Assembly: GCA_943361925.1 (NCBI GenBank)
Contig: CALRIT020000018.1
Location: 20,346-84,345 of the forward strand
Direction: 5' to 3'
Length of the DNA: 64,000 nt
DNA from: Vulcanococcus limneticus LL
Lineage (GTDB): Bacteria > Bacteroidota > Bacteroidia > UKL13-3
Positions within the stretch are counted from its first letter, which is position 1. Each line of letters starts with the position of its first letter. The notes beneath the pieces are model-generated. The model was given only the letters and a program-made list of their open reading frames with translations, did not search any database and was not told the DNA's origin. This document shows, one piece after another, positions 1-10,352 of this stretch. Both the position numbers and the translations under genes were made by a program.

Positions 1-2754
1 TTAAACATCAACCTAACAAGTTTAAGTACAGTTGGAGTTGGACATTCATGGAATTTTGGCAATGGAAGTATAAGTAACTCAATCAACCCCAATCAAATTT
101 TTATCAATAACTCAAATACAATTGATACGACATATCAAATTAGATTGGTTGTAACCGCTGGAACAGGTTGTACCGATACCTTGAAAAAAAGTATAACAGT
201 TTATCCAAAACCATTGGCATCTTTTATTTTGGCTGATAAAATTTGTGCTCTGGATTCAACGATTATTACCAATCAAAGTGTTTTTAAAACAGGAGCTGTT
301 AATTATTCTTGGACAAGAACTTCACCTGTAAATTCATTGATGAGTTTTTCAAGTACAACAGTAAATCAACCAAGTATTTATTTCCCAGAAAATACAGGAA
401 GTATAGATTCCGTATTTCAAATTCGGTTAGTAGTAACATCAGTTAATTCATGTGTTGATGATACAATCCGACCAATTACCCAATTACGCAGACCGAATGC
501 AAATTTTGTTACCGGAGCCAATATCAATTGTGGTCCTGCGATTTATACCATGAGTAATGGAACTACAAATGTAGGCAGTACCTATTTATGGTCGGTGAGC
601 CCAACAAATGGAGTATTTTTAATCAATAATAATTCAACGAACCCACAAATAACATTACCAGTTAATACAAGTAATGCGGTGATTAATTATGAAGTAAAAC
701 TCATTGCTACACGTAATACAGCTGAATTAGGATGTAGAGATACTTTCACAGCTCCATTATTGGTTTATCCAAAACCATTAACCAATTTTACGATGTCACC
801 ATCGAGTTCGGGATGTTCACCACAAACAGTTTTGTTTACAAATGCATCAGATCCAAAGAACTCGGAAAACATCAATGAAATGAAATTTGTATGGAGTTTT
901 ACAGGAATGACATCAGATACCAATCCAAGTTTAAGCAGAACATTTTATAATAGAACAGGTATAATTGATAGTGTTTATAATATCACTTTAATTGGAACCA
1001 GTAAATGGGGTTGTAAGGATACAATGAGCAGTTCTGTTACACTTTTTCCATTTCCTAAATCAGATTTCACAGGAACAAATTATTCCAATTGTGCACCATT
1101 TATATTGAATAGTTCCAATATCAACCTGACACAATATTCTATTGCCAACGACACTTATGTTTGGCAAATATTAGATAAGGGCATGAATGTGATAAGTCAA
1201 ACAACTGGTACAAACATTCCAACTTATACAATCAATCAGGCCAATGATACAGTTTATTACAGATTGATTACAAGTAATGTTCATGGCTGTAAACCGGATA
1301 CATTAACAAGATTATTCAGAACAATTTCAAACCCCAAAGCTGATTTTACTTTAAGCGATTCTGTTGGATGTCACCCATTAAACATCAACATCACCAGTTT
1401 AAGTACGGTTGGAGTAGGGCATTCATGGAATTTTGGAAATGGAAGTACAAGTACCTCAATCAACCCCAATCAAAGTTTTATTAATAACTCAAATACAATA
1501 GATTCAACTTACCAAATCAGATTAGTTGTAACAGCTGGAACAGGTTGTAGGGATACTTTAATCAAACCAATTGTTGTTTATCCAAAACCATTGGCTAATT
1601 TTAGTATCACAAATCAGGCTTGTGCTGGAATTTATGTATTACCCAATAATACAAGTTTGGTTAAACCGGGAACTGTTCAATATACCTGGAGCAGGGTTTC
1701 ACCAATTTTATCAGGATTATCATTTTCAGATACAACAAGCGCAAATCCTAATATTTTCATTCCAAATAACAAAGGAAGTTTTGATTCCAGTTATATCATA
1801 AAATTAAAAGTTCAATCTATTAATGGATGTATTGATGATACAAATAATAGTATTTTAAGTCTTCGCAGACCATTAGCCGATTTTGTTCTTCCGAATCCAA
1901 ATTGTGGTCCAACAAGTATTTTGGTTTCTAATCAAACCAATAATGTAAGTGCCACATTTTTATGGTCAAGTACACCCGGAATAAGTCAAATCAATACTTC
2001 CACTTCAACAAATCCTAATTTAAGTTTTTCTGAAAATCTGAGTCCTGATTCAATCAATTATCAAATCAAATTATTAGCTACAAGAACCATTGGTAATTGT
2101 TCGGATTCAATCACTAAAACAGTTACTGTTTATCCAAAACCAATTGCAGATTTTACTTCCAATTCTTTAGATAGTTGTGGACCAAGATTGATGAGTTTTA
2201 CAAATGTATCAAATGCGAGAAATGGAGGAAATATAAGTAGTTTAAGTAATTTATGGACTTACTTAAATAAAAATTCCAATACTTTAAATAGCATAGATAC
2301 CTTTAGAAATACAGGAGTAATAGATAGCAATTATTTAGTTCGATTAATCATAACCAGTTTACATGGATGTAAAGATACAACAGCGAAAACTGTCATTGTA
2401 AGACCCAATGCAAAAGCAGTTTTTACACGAACTACAGCTATAAGTTGCGCACCATTTAATATCAACTCTAGCAATATTATTACTACCCATTTTAGTGAAG
2501 CCAATTTACTTTATTCATGGTATGCCAATGGTAATTTCTTAGGAACAGGATTGACTTTTCCTGGATACACACTAGCAAATCAGGCTGATAGTGTTTTGAT
2601 AAAATTAAAAGTCAGTAGCAAGAATAATTGTAAAGATGATAGTTTAGAAATGTGGTTTTATACCATTGAAAATCCTAAGCCAAATTTTATAGCAGTTGAT
2701 AGTATAATCTGTAGTGGAGTTTTGGTTCAGTTTAACAATACTTCTACTCCTATA
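1..2754 (+). repeat. Intragenic super-repeat, period 1377 bp (about 459 aa, five PKD-like modules), at least two copies with a diverged third
   Basis: Manual alignment of nt 1-182 against 1378-1559 gives about 88% identity. The remaining modules of the unit are only moderately similar at protein level. A more diverged third copy of the junction module starts near 2730. Confidence 0.85.
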
Positions 2755-5700
2755 AATGGATTGAGTTACCAATGGAAATATGGTAATAATTTGATTGCAG
2801 AAACCATTAAAAATCCAGCAAATAAGTTCTATAATTTCGGAGATTTAGATACAACAATTTTTATAAAACTCATCACCATAGCTGGAGGGACAGGTTGTTT
2901 AGATTCAATTATTAAGCCAATTGTGATTAAGCCTTTGCCAAATCCGAATTTTGTTTTTAACGATTCAATAGTTTGTTATCCAATCAAGCCAAATCTTCAG
3001 ATAACATCTTTGAATGTACCTTTAATAAATTCAACAACTTACCAATGGAGCATCAATCCAGGTTTAGCTTTTGTTGATAATGATACAGCCAGTATTTCAA
3101 CATTTATTCAAACACCGGACAATCAAAGTGGAATAAGTAATAATTACGCCGTTAAATTAAAAGTAGCATCTGGATTTGGTTGTATTGATAGTATCTCGAA
3201 AATATTTAAAGTACCAACAAGACCCATTGCACAAATTGGTTTAGTGCCTGATAGTTCATGTGGACCAAAAACAATCATCACTAACAATACATCCAGTTTT
3301 GGTTTGAATTACAATTGGACAAGTTTTAAAAATGGACCTATCATTAATAATTTAAATTCGTTTAATACCGGAATTCAGTTTCCAAATCATGAAGGTATAG
3401 TTGATTCAATCTATCCAATTCAATTATTGGTTGTTACAAGCGAAGGATGCAGGGATTCAATTACAAAACCATTCAAGATTTTTCCTAAGCCTATAGCCTC
3501 ATTTGTGACTGATTTAGATTCAGGTTGTGCCCCATTGGATGTTCAATTTGCAAGCACATCAATTGTTCAAAAACCAGCTACGTATTCCTGGAATTTTGGT
3601 GATGGAAACTCTGTAAATACTATAAAAGATAGCGCTTTATGGACTTATTTAGGTTCAAGAAATCAGGATACTACGTTTAATTCAATATTGGTTTTAACTT
3701 CTTCAAATGGATGTAAAGATACCATAAGTAAATCGATTGATGTATTAGCCGGAGCTGTTGCAGTTGTAAAGATTTCAGATACTATTATTTGCTCAAATTC
3801 AGTAAATCCAACAAAACTAACAATTCAGAATCTCTCATTTGGAAGTGTAGATACATTTTATTGGGATTTTGGTGATGGAATATCTTTGATGACTTTATCT
3901 GATTCAACCATTAACCATCCTTATCCAATTGAAGGTTATTATAGAATTGTATTAAAAGCAGTAAATACTTGCAGAGTTAGTTTTGATACTGCATTTGTTT
4001 TGGTACAAACGCCACCAAATGTGAATTTTACAAAATCGGATTCTGTAGGATGTAGTCCAATGAAAGTTGATTTTGTTAATTTATCAACTGATACTTTTAG
4101 AGCCAAATTTCTTTGGAATGCAGGAAATGGGTTTACGAGTAATAACTTTCAAATCCCTCAACAAACCTATCTGCAAAGTTTAACTACAGATACATTTTAT
4201 TACCCTATATTAAGCATTAGTAATGCTTGTGGAATTTTTTCAAAAGTAGATACTGTGCGGGTTTTACCTTTACCAACTGCATTTTTTCTTGCCAATAAAG
4301 ATTCCGGTTGCTCTCCATTGGTTGTTGAATTTTTAGAAGGAAGTTATGGGGTCCCTCAAACATATTTGTGGGATTTTGGTGAAGGAACTTTTAGTACCAG
4401 ACAAAATCCAATTCCCGGTTATATTACTTACCTCACAAATGATACACCAACTGTTTATACAATTAAATTAAGAGTAGGAAATATCTGCGGAGTAGATAGC
4501 ATAAGTCGAACAGTTAAAGTATTGCCTAATACTGTCAGGTCGTTTTTTACTACATCTATTCAGTTTGGTTGTGAAAATTTATCTGTGGCATTTACAGATC
4601 TTTCAAGTGGTGGACCTAATATTTCATGGAATTTTGGTGATGGATTTACATCTTCATTAAAAAATCCAACTCATACTTATAATACACCGGGTATTTTTAA
4701 AGCTTATCAATATGTCAATAACAATTGTAGTTATGATACCAGTTCAGTTGTCGTTTCAGTTTTTCCAAAACCGAAATTTATTATTGATAAAAGTGCTGAT
4801 TCATATTGTGTATTGCAGCCGGCCCAGTTTTATGCCAATTTATTGGATAGCGGTGATATAACCTGGTATTTTGGTGATGGAGATTCTTCAAACGAATACA
4901 ATCCGATTCATATTTATAAAACTTCCGGATTCAAAATTGTAAGAGCTCAACTGAGATCGGTTTCAAATATTTGTATCACAGAATTAATTGATACGGTATT
5001 AATTAATGCTTTGCCTAATGTAAGTCTGGGTGCTGATAGTTTGCGAGCATGTTTAAATGTGCCAGTAAAATTAAATGCTACAGCAAATGGAAATCCATTT
5101 TTATTTTGGGATTTTGGAGATGGAAGTTTTGGTAATGGTGCCGAAAATGATCATTATTTCTTGTATCCAGGAAGTTTTGAAGTAAAGGTAATTGCGGTAA
5201 ATGCTGCATCGTGTTCAGACACTGCACGTGTTAATATTACGATTTATCCAATTCCTGAAACCAATTTTGATTATACTCCTAAAGATACATGTACAGGGCC
5301 GGCATGGGTGAATTTTACCAATTTAACTCCGGGAAATAATACTTATTTATGGATGTTCGGGAATGGAAATTCATCAACAAATATTAATGAGAGACAATTG
5401 TTCACCAACAAAGGAGTTTATTATAATACATTAATAGCAACAAATATTTATTTGTGTAAGGATACCATGGAATATCCATTTACCATTTATGAAAAGCCAA
5501 TTCCACGTTTTGATTTTAATCCATCTGAAATTTGTGTGGGTGAAAGCATTCAGTTTACCAATCAAAGTGAATTAGGCAAAAAATATGTTTGGTATTTTGG
5601 TGATGGTGATAGCTCTAATTTGGAAAATCCTACACATATCTACAAAGATTCTGGTGAGTATTATGTTAGTTTATTGGTGTTTGCAGGAGATGTATGTTTT

Positions 5701-6324
5701 GATAGTTTAAGAACAACTAAAAAGATAGTGGTTTATCCAAAACCCAATCCTGATTTTAGTAGTGTTTTATTAACCAATAGTAAGCCGTATAGAACAGTTA
5801 TTTTTAATTATACAGGTACAAGTGGTAAGGATTTTGTGTGGACATCAGACAAAGGAAATATTGGAAAAGGAAGCACTATTGGACATACATTTGCCGAAGC
5901 CGATTCAGGTTGTTTTAAAGTAAATTTAGTTGTAACCTCAACATTTGGTTGTGATACCAATTTGTCAAAAGAAATTTGTCTGCCTACTTATTTCACAGGA
6001 TTGTTCGTTCCTAATGCCTTCACACCTGATTATGGTGAAAGTAAAGCCAGTTGTTTTCTTCCATCAGGTATTGAATTGGAATACTATCATTTGAAAATTT
6101 ATAATAAATGGGGAGAATTGGTATGGGAATCACAATCACTATTAAATGGAGAACCTTCAGAAGCCTGGTGTGGCGATAATAAATATACTGGTGAACAATG
6201 TCCACAAGGATCTTATGTATGGACAATAGAAGCCAGTTATACCAATAAAAAATCTTGGGATGGTATGTTGTATCCAGGAGCCGATAAAAAAGTAAGGGTT
6301 GGTAACGTAACATTAATCAGATGA
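1..6324 (+). CDS. Giant PKD/Ig-like repeat surface protein with a T9SS type-B (gliding-motility-associated) C-terminal domain; 5' end lies outside the window
   Basis: Frame 1 is open from base 1. The translation LNINLTSLSTVGVGHSWNFGNGS matches the internal repeat at 1378, so the listed Met at 145 is internal. There are more than 20 modules of about 85-90 aa with the PKD-like signature (C..P..V.F.N.S......Y.W.FGDG...........H.Y...G.Y.V.L......GC.D). The C-terminus (FVPNAFTPD...YHLKIYNKWGELVWES...W.G) is the type-B CTD pattern. Confidence 0.9.
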   Translation, partial: LNINLTSLSTVGVGHSWNFGNGSISNSINPNQIFINNSNTIDTTYQIRLVVTAGTGCTDTLKKSITVYPKPLASFILADKICALDSTIITNQSVFKTGAVNYSWTRTSPVNSLMSFSSTTVNQPSIYFPENTGSIDSVFQIRLVVTSVNSCVDDTIRPITQLRRPNANFVTGANINCGPAIYTMSNGTTNVGSTYLWSVSPTNGVFLINNNSTNPQITLPVNTSNAVINYEVKLIATRNTAELGCRDTFTAPLLVYPKPLTNFTMSPSSSGCSPQTVLFTNASDPKNSENINEMKFVWSFTGMTSDTNPSLSRTFYNRTGIIDSVYNITLIGTSKWGCKDTMSSSVTLFPFPKSDFTGTNYSNCAPFILNSSNINLTQYSIANDTYVWQILDKGMNVISQTTGTNIPTYTINQANDTVYYRLITSNVHGCKPDTLTRLFRTISNPKADFTLSDSVGCHPLNINITSLSTVGVGHSWNFGNGSTSTSINPNQSFINNSNTIDSTYQIRLVVTAGTGCRDTLIKPIVVYPKPLANFSITNQACAGIYVLPNNTSLVKPGTVQYTWSRVSPILSGLSFSDTTSANPNIFIPNNKGSFDSSYIIKLKVQSINGCIDDTNNSILSLRRPLADFVLPNPNCGPTSILVSNQTNNVSATFLWSSTPGISQINTSTSTNPNLSFSENLSPDSINYQIKLLATRTIGNCSDSITKTVTVYPKPIADFTSNSLDSCGPRLMSFTNVSNARNGGNISSLSNLWTYLNKNSNTLNSIDTFRNTGVIDSNYLVRLIITSLHGCKDTTAKTVIVRPNAKAVFTRTTAISCAPFNINSSNIITTHFSEANLLYSWYANGNFLGTGLTFPGYTLANQADSVLIKLKVSSKNNCKDDSLEMWFYTIENPKPNFIAVDSIICSGVLVQFNNTSTPINGLSYQWKYGNNLIAETIKNPANKFYNFGDLDTTIFIKLITIAGGTGCLDSIIKPIVIKPLPNPNFVFNDSIVCYPIKPNLQITSLNVPLINSTTYQWSINPGLAFVDNDTASISTFIQTPDNQSGISNNYAVKLKVASGFGCIDSISKIFKVPTRPIAQIGLVPDSSCGPKTIITNNTSSFGLNYNWTSFKNGPIINNLNSFNTGIQFPNHEGIVDSIYPIQLLVVTSEGCRDSITKPFKIFPKPIASFVTDLDSGCAPLDVQFASTSIVQKPATYSWNFGDGNSVNTIKDSALWTYLGSRNQDTTFNSILVLTSSNGCKDTISKSIDVLAGAVAVVKISDTIICSNSVNPTKLTIQNLSFGSVDTFYWDFGDGISLMTLSDSTINHPYPIEGYYRIVLKAVNTCRVSFDTAFVLVQTPPNVNFTKSDSVGCSPMKVDFVNLSTDTFRAKFLWNAGNGFTSNNFQIPQQTYLQSLTTDTFYYPILSISNACGIFSKVDTVRVLPLPTAFFLANKDSGCSPLVVEFLEGSYGVPQTYLWDFGEGTFSTRQNPIPGYITYLTNDTPTVYTIKLRVGNICGVDSISRTVKVLPNTVRSFFTTSIQFGCENLSVAFTDLSSGGPNISWNFGDGFTSSLKNPTHTYNTPGIFKAYQYVNNNCSYDTSSVVVSVFPKPKFIIDKSADSYCVLQPAQFYANLLDSGDITWYFGDGDSSNEYNPIHIYKTSGFKIVRAQLRSVSNICITELIDTVLINALPNVSLGADSLRACLNVPVKLNATANGNPFLFWDFGDGSFGNGAENDHYFLYPGSFEVKVIAVNAASCSDTARVNITIYPIPETNFDYTPKDTCTGPAWVNFTNLTPGNNTYLWMFGNGNSSTNINERQLFTNKGVYYNTLIATNIYLCKDTMEYPFTIYEKPIPRFDFNPSEICVGESIQFTNQSELGKKYVWYFGDGDSSNLENPTHIYKDSGEYYVSLLVFAGDVCFDSLRTTKKIVVYPKPNPDFSSVLLTNSKPYRTVIFNYTGTSGKDFVWTSDKGNIGKGSTIGHTFAEADSGCFKVNLVVTSTFGCDTNLSKEICLPTYFTGLFVPNAFTPDYGESKASCFLPSGIELEYYHLKIYNKWGELVWESQSLLNGEPSEAWCGDNKYTGEQCPQGSYVWTIEASYTNKKSWDGMLYPGADKKVRVGNVTLIR

Positions 6325-7394
6325 GAAAAATATTTATCATATCATTTGTATTTCTGTTTGTGAATTTGTTGCAGGCACAAGACCCAACCTTCACAGCCTT
6401 TCAAATGCAAAGACTTGAATTAAGTCCGGCTTATGGTGGGAGTGGGGGAATTGGAAAGGTGCAGATTAATTCAGCAAGTAGAACTTCTTTTTATCCTGTA
6501 AGGGGTCCTTTTAGTTATAATTCAATTTCATTAGATATATCGCCTTGCACTAAACTAGGATTAGTTGGATTTGGACTTTTAGTAAATAAAGAATCACAGG
6601 GTGACGGATATTATAAAAAAACAAGAGCAAGTTTGAATTTTGCATATTCATTAAGATTAAATGAAAATAATTCACTTTCATTTGGATTGAGAGCGGGAAT
6701 TTTGAATCAATCAATAGATTGGAATGAGTTTACTTTTTCAGACCAATTACATCCAATAAATGGAATTGTGAATCCATCATTCAATCATGGAGCGGGACTC
6801 GAATTTTCTAATACATTTGATTGGGATGCTGGTATAAAATATAATTATTACAAAAGAGGTCCATTTAATTTTATGATTGGCGCTTCAGTTTTTAATTTAA
6901 TTGAATCAAGGATTGGCCTAATGTCAAATGGTAATTTCAGGATGAATAGAAGATTTAGTATCATCAATTCTTTAATTTTTAAAGGTACAATTACCACTAA
7001 GATTAGTTCAAGATTTGAATCTCAAGGTGATTTTAGGTATTATGGAGGAAATTGGGAACTTATGTTTTCAAATGGAATAAGGGTTGCTCCAGGAGTAAAA
7101 TTGGCAATGTTAAACGAGAATGGAATTAGAAACAACTTGTATCCAACAATTATGTTTGGTTATCAACCTAATGAAACAATCATGATTTACTTTTCTTATG
7201 AAAATAATATATTGGGTGAAGTAATAAGAGGTAAAACCAGTTCAATTGAGGTAGGCTTATTAATAAACTCTTTCTCTACTTTTTGTGAAGGAGGTAAATT
7301 TAAACTTATTCAAACAAATAGATTAGCTAATCAATCTAAGTTATTAGGGTGTCCTGATATAGGTCCTATAAAAGGCAAAATCCAATCCTTTTAA
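6321..7394 (+). CDS. PorP/SprF-family type IX secretion membrane protein (predicted cognate partner of the upstream type-B CTD cargo)
   Basis: Signal peptide followed by QDPTFTAFQMQRLELSPAYGG, the typical PorP/SprF N-terminal motif. The rest has alternating beta-strand character. ATGA start/stop overlap with the upstream giant gene. Confidence 0.85.
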   Translation: MRKIFIISFVFLFVNLLQAQDPTFTAFQMQRLELSPAYGGSGGIGKVQINSASRTSFYPVRGPFSYNSISLDISPCTKLGLVGFGLLVNKESQGDGYYKKTRASLNFAYSLRLNENNSLSFGLRAGILNQSIDWNEFTFSDQLHPINGIVNPSFNHGAGLEFSNTFDWDAGIKYNYYKRGPFNFMIGASVFNLIESRIGLMSNGNFRMNRRFSIINSLIFKGTITTKISSRFESQGDFRYYGGNWELMFSNGIRVAPGVKLAMLNENGIRNNLYPTIMFGYQPNETIMIYFSYENNILGEVIRGKTSSIEVGLLINSFSTFCEGGKFKLIQTNRLANQSKLLGCPDIGPIKGKIQSF

Positions 7395-7505
7395 ACTATT
7401 TAGCTTTACTAAAATATCTTACTATTATTCTAAAATCGATGTAACTGGCTTGATTTAATCAAAATTTAAAATACAGACTTATCAATCGTTTCCTGAAAAT
7501 TCTTT

Positions 7506-8825
7506 TTATTCTTTTATAACTTTAAAGGTTGTTGTTTTATCATCAGTATTTATTTGCAAAATATATGGACCAATGGGAATTAAACTAAAATCAATTTCAT
7601 CGATTTGTTTTCCGTTATAAATAATATTTCCCAAAATATCTTTTAGCATATATACTTCATTTCCACTCGTATTAGTAACTTTTATTTTATTACTAAATGG
7701 ATTTGGGTAAACTGTTATTATAGAAATTTCAAAATCAGTTAAGCCTAAAGGATTAGTGCGTTTAATAACAATCGATTTGTCCCAATCATATAATGAAATT
7801 AGTATTTGATTATTTTGGTCGATGAGTATTGAAGAAATTGATTCAAGTTTTGTATTTTCAAGCACTACAGATTCATTCCAATCTTTTCCATTCCACTTGC
7901 CCAAAATGAAATTGTTTTGCTGATTCCTGAGAAATCCTACTGCTAAAACATTTCCTTCAGAATCACATTTTAGTTCTATTATTGATGCATAACCAATTGT
8001 ATCAATTGGCAATCCTTCACTTGCTATCCATTGCTTTCCATTCCATTTTGTAATATAACATTGTTTTTTTGCATTCTTAAAGAAACCTCCGGCATAAATA
8101 TTATCGTTTTTGTCAATAGCTAAAGAGGAAATGCCGTCATTGAAATATCCCGAATCTGCTCCTAATTCAGTCCAATTTAAGCCGTCCCATTTAGCTACAA
8201 TTAATTTTCTGGAACTGTTCAATAGGTATCCACCGGCATATAAATTTGATTTGCTATCAAAAACAATCGAATTGATTCCTCCACTAAATGTTGAACTGTC
8301 ATTACCTCCAAGTTCTTGCCATGTATTGTTTTCAAATTTTGCAACGTAAGTTTTTTGGTTTTTGTTTATGAACTGCCCCCCAGCATATATATTGTCTGAT
8401 TCATCAGATGTTATACAAATGATTTTATTGTTGAAAATCCCAATTTTTTCCCAATTTTTCCCATCCCATTTTGCTAGCATTTTTTGTTCACTGAATGGTT
8501 TTCCTTTGAAATCAGAGAATTCTCCCGCCACGTATAAATTACCCAGTTTGTCGAAATGAAGTGTTGAGATTGTGGAATTGAATGATGATACATATTTTCC
8601 ACCAAGTTCTGTCCAACTAGTGCCATCCCATTTGGCTATAAAACATCCTGAATCATTTGCAAAAAAGCCCGCTGCATAAACATTGTTTAAGGAATCTGTT
8701 ACCATATCATAAATTCTGTGATCGAAATAAAAATCGGAATTATCTTTTAATTCAATCCATTGGGCCTTTGTATTAAAAGTAAGCATCGATAATAAACCTA
8801 GAATAAATAATTTATATTCTTTCAT
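7506..8825 (-). CDS. Secreted beta-propeller-like repeat protein with a T9SS type-A C-terminal sorting domain
   Basis: Signal peptide. Six or seven repeats of about 50 aa (N.YAGG.F.......(A)KWDG..W.ELG). C-terminal VYPNPFSNKIKV...YILQINTDDKTTTFKVIKE is a Por-secretion-tail pattern. Confidence 0.8.
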   Translation of the reverse strand: MKEYKLFILGLLSMLTFNTKAQWIELKDNSDFYFDHRIYDMVTDSLNNVYAAGFFANDSGCFIAKWDGTSWTELGGKYVSSFNSTISTLHFDKLGNLYVAGEFSDFKGKPFSEQKMLAKWDGKNWEKIGIFNNKIICITSDESDNIYAGGQFINKNQKTYVAKFENNTWQELGGNDSSTFSGGINSIVFDSKSNLYAGGYLLNSSRKLIVAKWDGLNWTELGADSGYFNDGISSLAIDKNDNIYAGGFFKNAKKQCYITKWNGKQWIASEGLPIDTIGYASIIELKCDSEGNVLAVGFLRNQQNNFILGKWNGKDWNESVVLENTKLESISSILIDQNNQILISLYDWDKSIVIKRTNPLGLTDFEISIITVYPNPFSNKIKVTNTSGNEVYMLKDILGNIIYNGKQIDEIDFSLIPIGPYILQINTDDKTTTFKVIKE

Positions 8826-9082
8826 TTCTGTTGAAATTTAATCGTTAGACTTGAGTATTTATACTGTTTAATGTGAACCTTTTATTCTGAATAATCCAAT
8901 TCTGTTTGTTTTTCAGTAGTCTAATATAATCAAATTGGTTTTTAAATAATATGCTATAAGTTTTGGGTCTTTATCCATCAAGTATTTCATTTCACATTTG
9001 AAGCTTCAATTTAATTATTTGAATTAAGAATATTTTTGAGTAAAATTTAAATAATTGATAATTAGATATATATTGTGTTTAA

Positions 9083-9123
9083 TATTTGTCAAATACGGAA
9101 TTCAATTCCGTATTTGACAAATA
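9083..9123. repeat. Perfect palindrome, copy 1 (core TTGTCAAATACGGAAT-TCA-ATTCCGTATTTGACAA at 9086-9120; arms extend to 19 bp here)
   Basis: Read directly. The 16-bp arms are exact reverse complements around a 3-nt centre. The core ends 19 nt upstream of the ATPase ATG at 9140. Confidence 0.95.
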
Positions 9124-9139
9124 ATGTTAATTTTGTTTT

Positions 9140-10300
9140 ATGATTATTAGAGCTGCTTCAAGTAAAATAAAATACCTTGCTAAAAAGTTTCCTGCGGTTG
9201 GTTTATTGGGGCCAAGGCAATCAGGTAAAACTACGCTAGCTAAAGAATTATTCCCTAAGAAACCTTATATCAGTTTCGAAAATCAAGACAACGTACTTCT
9301 TGCTACCAAAGACCCAAGAGCATTTCTAAATCAGTATAAAACCGGTGCAATTTTTGATGAAATTCAACGTGTACCTCAGCTTTTATCCTATATTCAAGGT
9401 GTAATTGATGAACAGCCAAATAAGGTTGGTTTATTTATTATTACAGGCTCTCAGAATTTGTTGTTGCTCGAAAATATTTCACAGACTTTAGCCGGAAGAA
9501 TTGCTTTTATACATTTATTGCCTTTTAGCTATAAAGAATTGCAAACAGGAAAGCATGGTTCGATTTCATTAAATAAACTAATTCTTAATGGAGGTTATCC
9601 GCGTTTGTATGATAAGAAAATTAAGCCTGTAGATTATTATCCCAACTATCTGCTAACTTATGTAGAAAGAGATGTGAGGCAGATAAAAAATATTACTAAT
9701 CTGGCCATGTTTCAGCGATTTTTAAAGGTATGTGCATCTCGTGTGGGACAAGAAGTAAATTATACATCTATAGGAAATGATACAGGCGTTGACCAAAAAA
9801 CTATTTTAAGTTGGTTTGGTATTTTGGAAGCAAGTTTTATCGCATTTAGGTTACAGCCATTTTATAATAACCTAGGCAAGCGTCTGACTCAAATGCCAAA
9901 GTTGTATTTTTATGATACCGGTCTTTGTTGTTCATTACTTGAATTTGAATCTGAATCGCATGTGAACACACATCCTTTACGTGGTGCTTTATTCGAAAAT
10001 CTTATTATTTTGGAACTATTAAAATCACGTTTTAACAATGGTCAACGTAGTAATTTGTTTTATTGGAGAGATAGAACCGGCAACGAGATTGATGTTTTAA
10101 TGGATCAATCTTCACAAGTTGTTCCAATAGAAATTAAAACTGCTACTACATTTACTAACGATTTTCTTAAGGGAATTAAATACTGGAAGAAAATCAATCC
10201 GGATGTTAAAAATTCATACGTTGTTTTTACAGGTCAAAGCTCCTCTATAGATTTTACTGATATCTTGAACTGGAAGGAAATTGATAAAATAAAGAACTAA
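9140..10300 (+). CDS. AAA-family ATPase with a DUF4143-type C-terminal domain (COG1373-like)
   Basis: Walker A motif GPRQSGKTT near the N-terminus and a Walker B-like stretch (LFIITGS). Overall layout and length match the widespread 'ATP-binding protein, DUF4143' family. Confidence 0.85.
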   Translation: MIIRAASSKIKYLAKKFPAVGLLGPRQSGKTTLAKELFPKKPYISFENQDNVLLATKDPRAFLNQYKTGAIFDEIQRVPQLLSYIQGVIDEQPNKVGLFIITGSQNLLLLENISQTLAGRIAFIHLLPFSYKELQTGKHGSISLNKLILNGGYPRLYDKKIKPVDYYPNYLLTYVERDVRQIKNITNLAMFQRFLKVCASRVGQEVNYTSIGNDTGVDQKTILSWFGILEASFIAFRLQPFYNNLGKRLTQMPKLYFYDTGLCCSLLEFESESHVNTHPLRGALFENLIILELLKSRFNNGQRSNLFYWRDRTGNEIDVLMDQSSQVVPIEIKTATTFTNDFLKGIKYWKKINPDVKNSYVVFTGQSSSIDFTDILNWKEIDKIKN

Positions 10301-10317
10301 TTTATATTTTTAGATAC

Positions 10318-10352
10318 TTGTCAAATACGGAATTCAATTCCGTATTTGACAA
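10318..10352. repeat. Perfect palindrome, copy 2 (identical 35-bp core)
   Basis: Read directly. Identical to 9086-9120, and the match runs 3 nt further (..ATA). It starts 18 nt after the ATPase stop codon. Confidence 0.95.

Noticed and set aside
1571-1801. Short alternative-frame and antisense ORFs lying inside long, well-supported genes. Examples: 1571-1801, 6020-6313, 8110-8559, 12809-13501, 13701-13991, 17053-17286, 19371-19562, 22181-23120, 24899-25135, 27970-28200, 33243-33569, 34621-35250, 36250-36525, 39654-39902, 42328-42510, 43720-43959, 45480-47654, 50238-50423, 52182-52397, 55382-55564, 57818-58021, 61964-62197, 62415-62696 and 63523-63714.
   Set aside because: Each is fully embedded in a longer ORF whose product has clear family motifs. 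The translations are low-complexity and I/L/F/K-rich with no motifs, as expected for shadow ORFs in AT-rich DNA.
9128-9135. Bacteroidota -7 promoter box (TAnnTTTG: TAATTTTG) between palindrome copy 1 and the ATPase ATG.
   Set aside because: It lies only 5 nt from the ATG, so a TSS about 7 nt downstream of it would fall inside or after the start codon. It is probably a chance match in AT-rich DNA. The real promoter is not identified.
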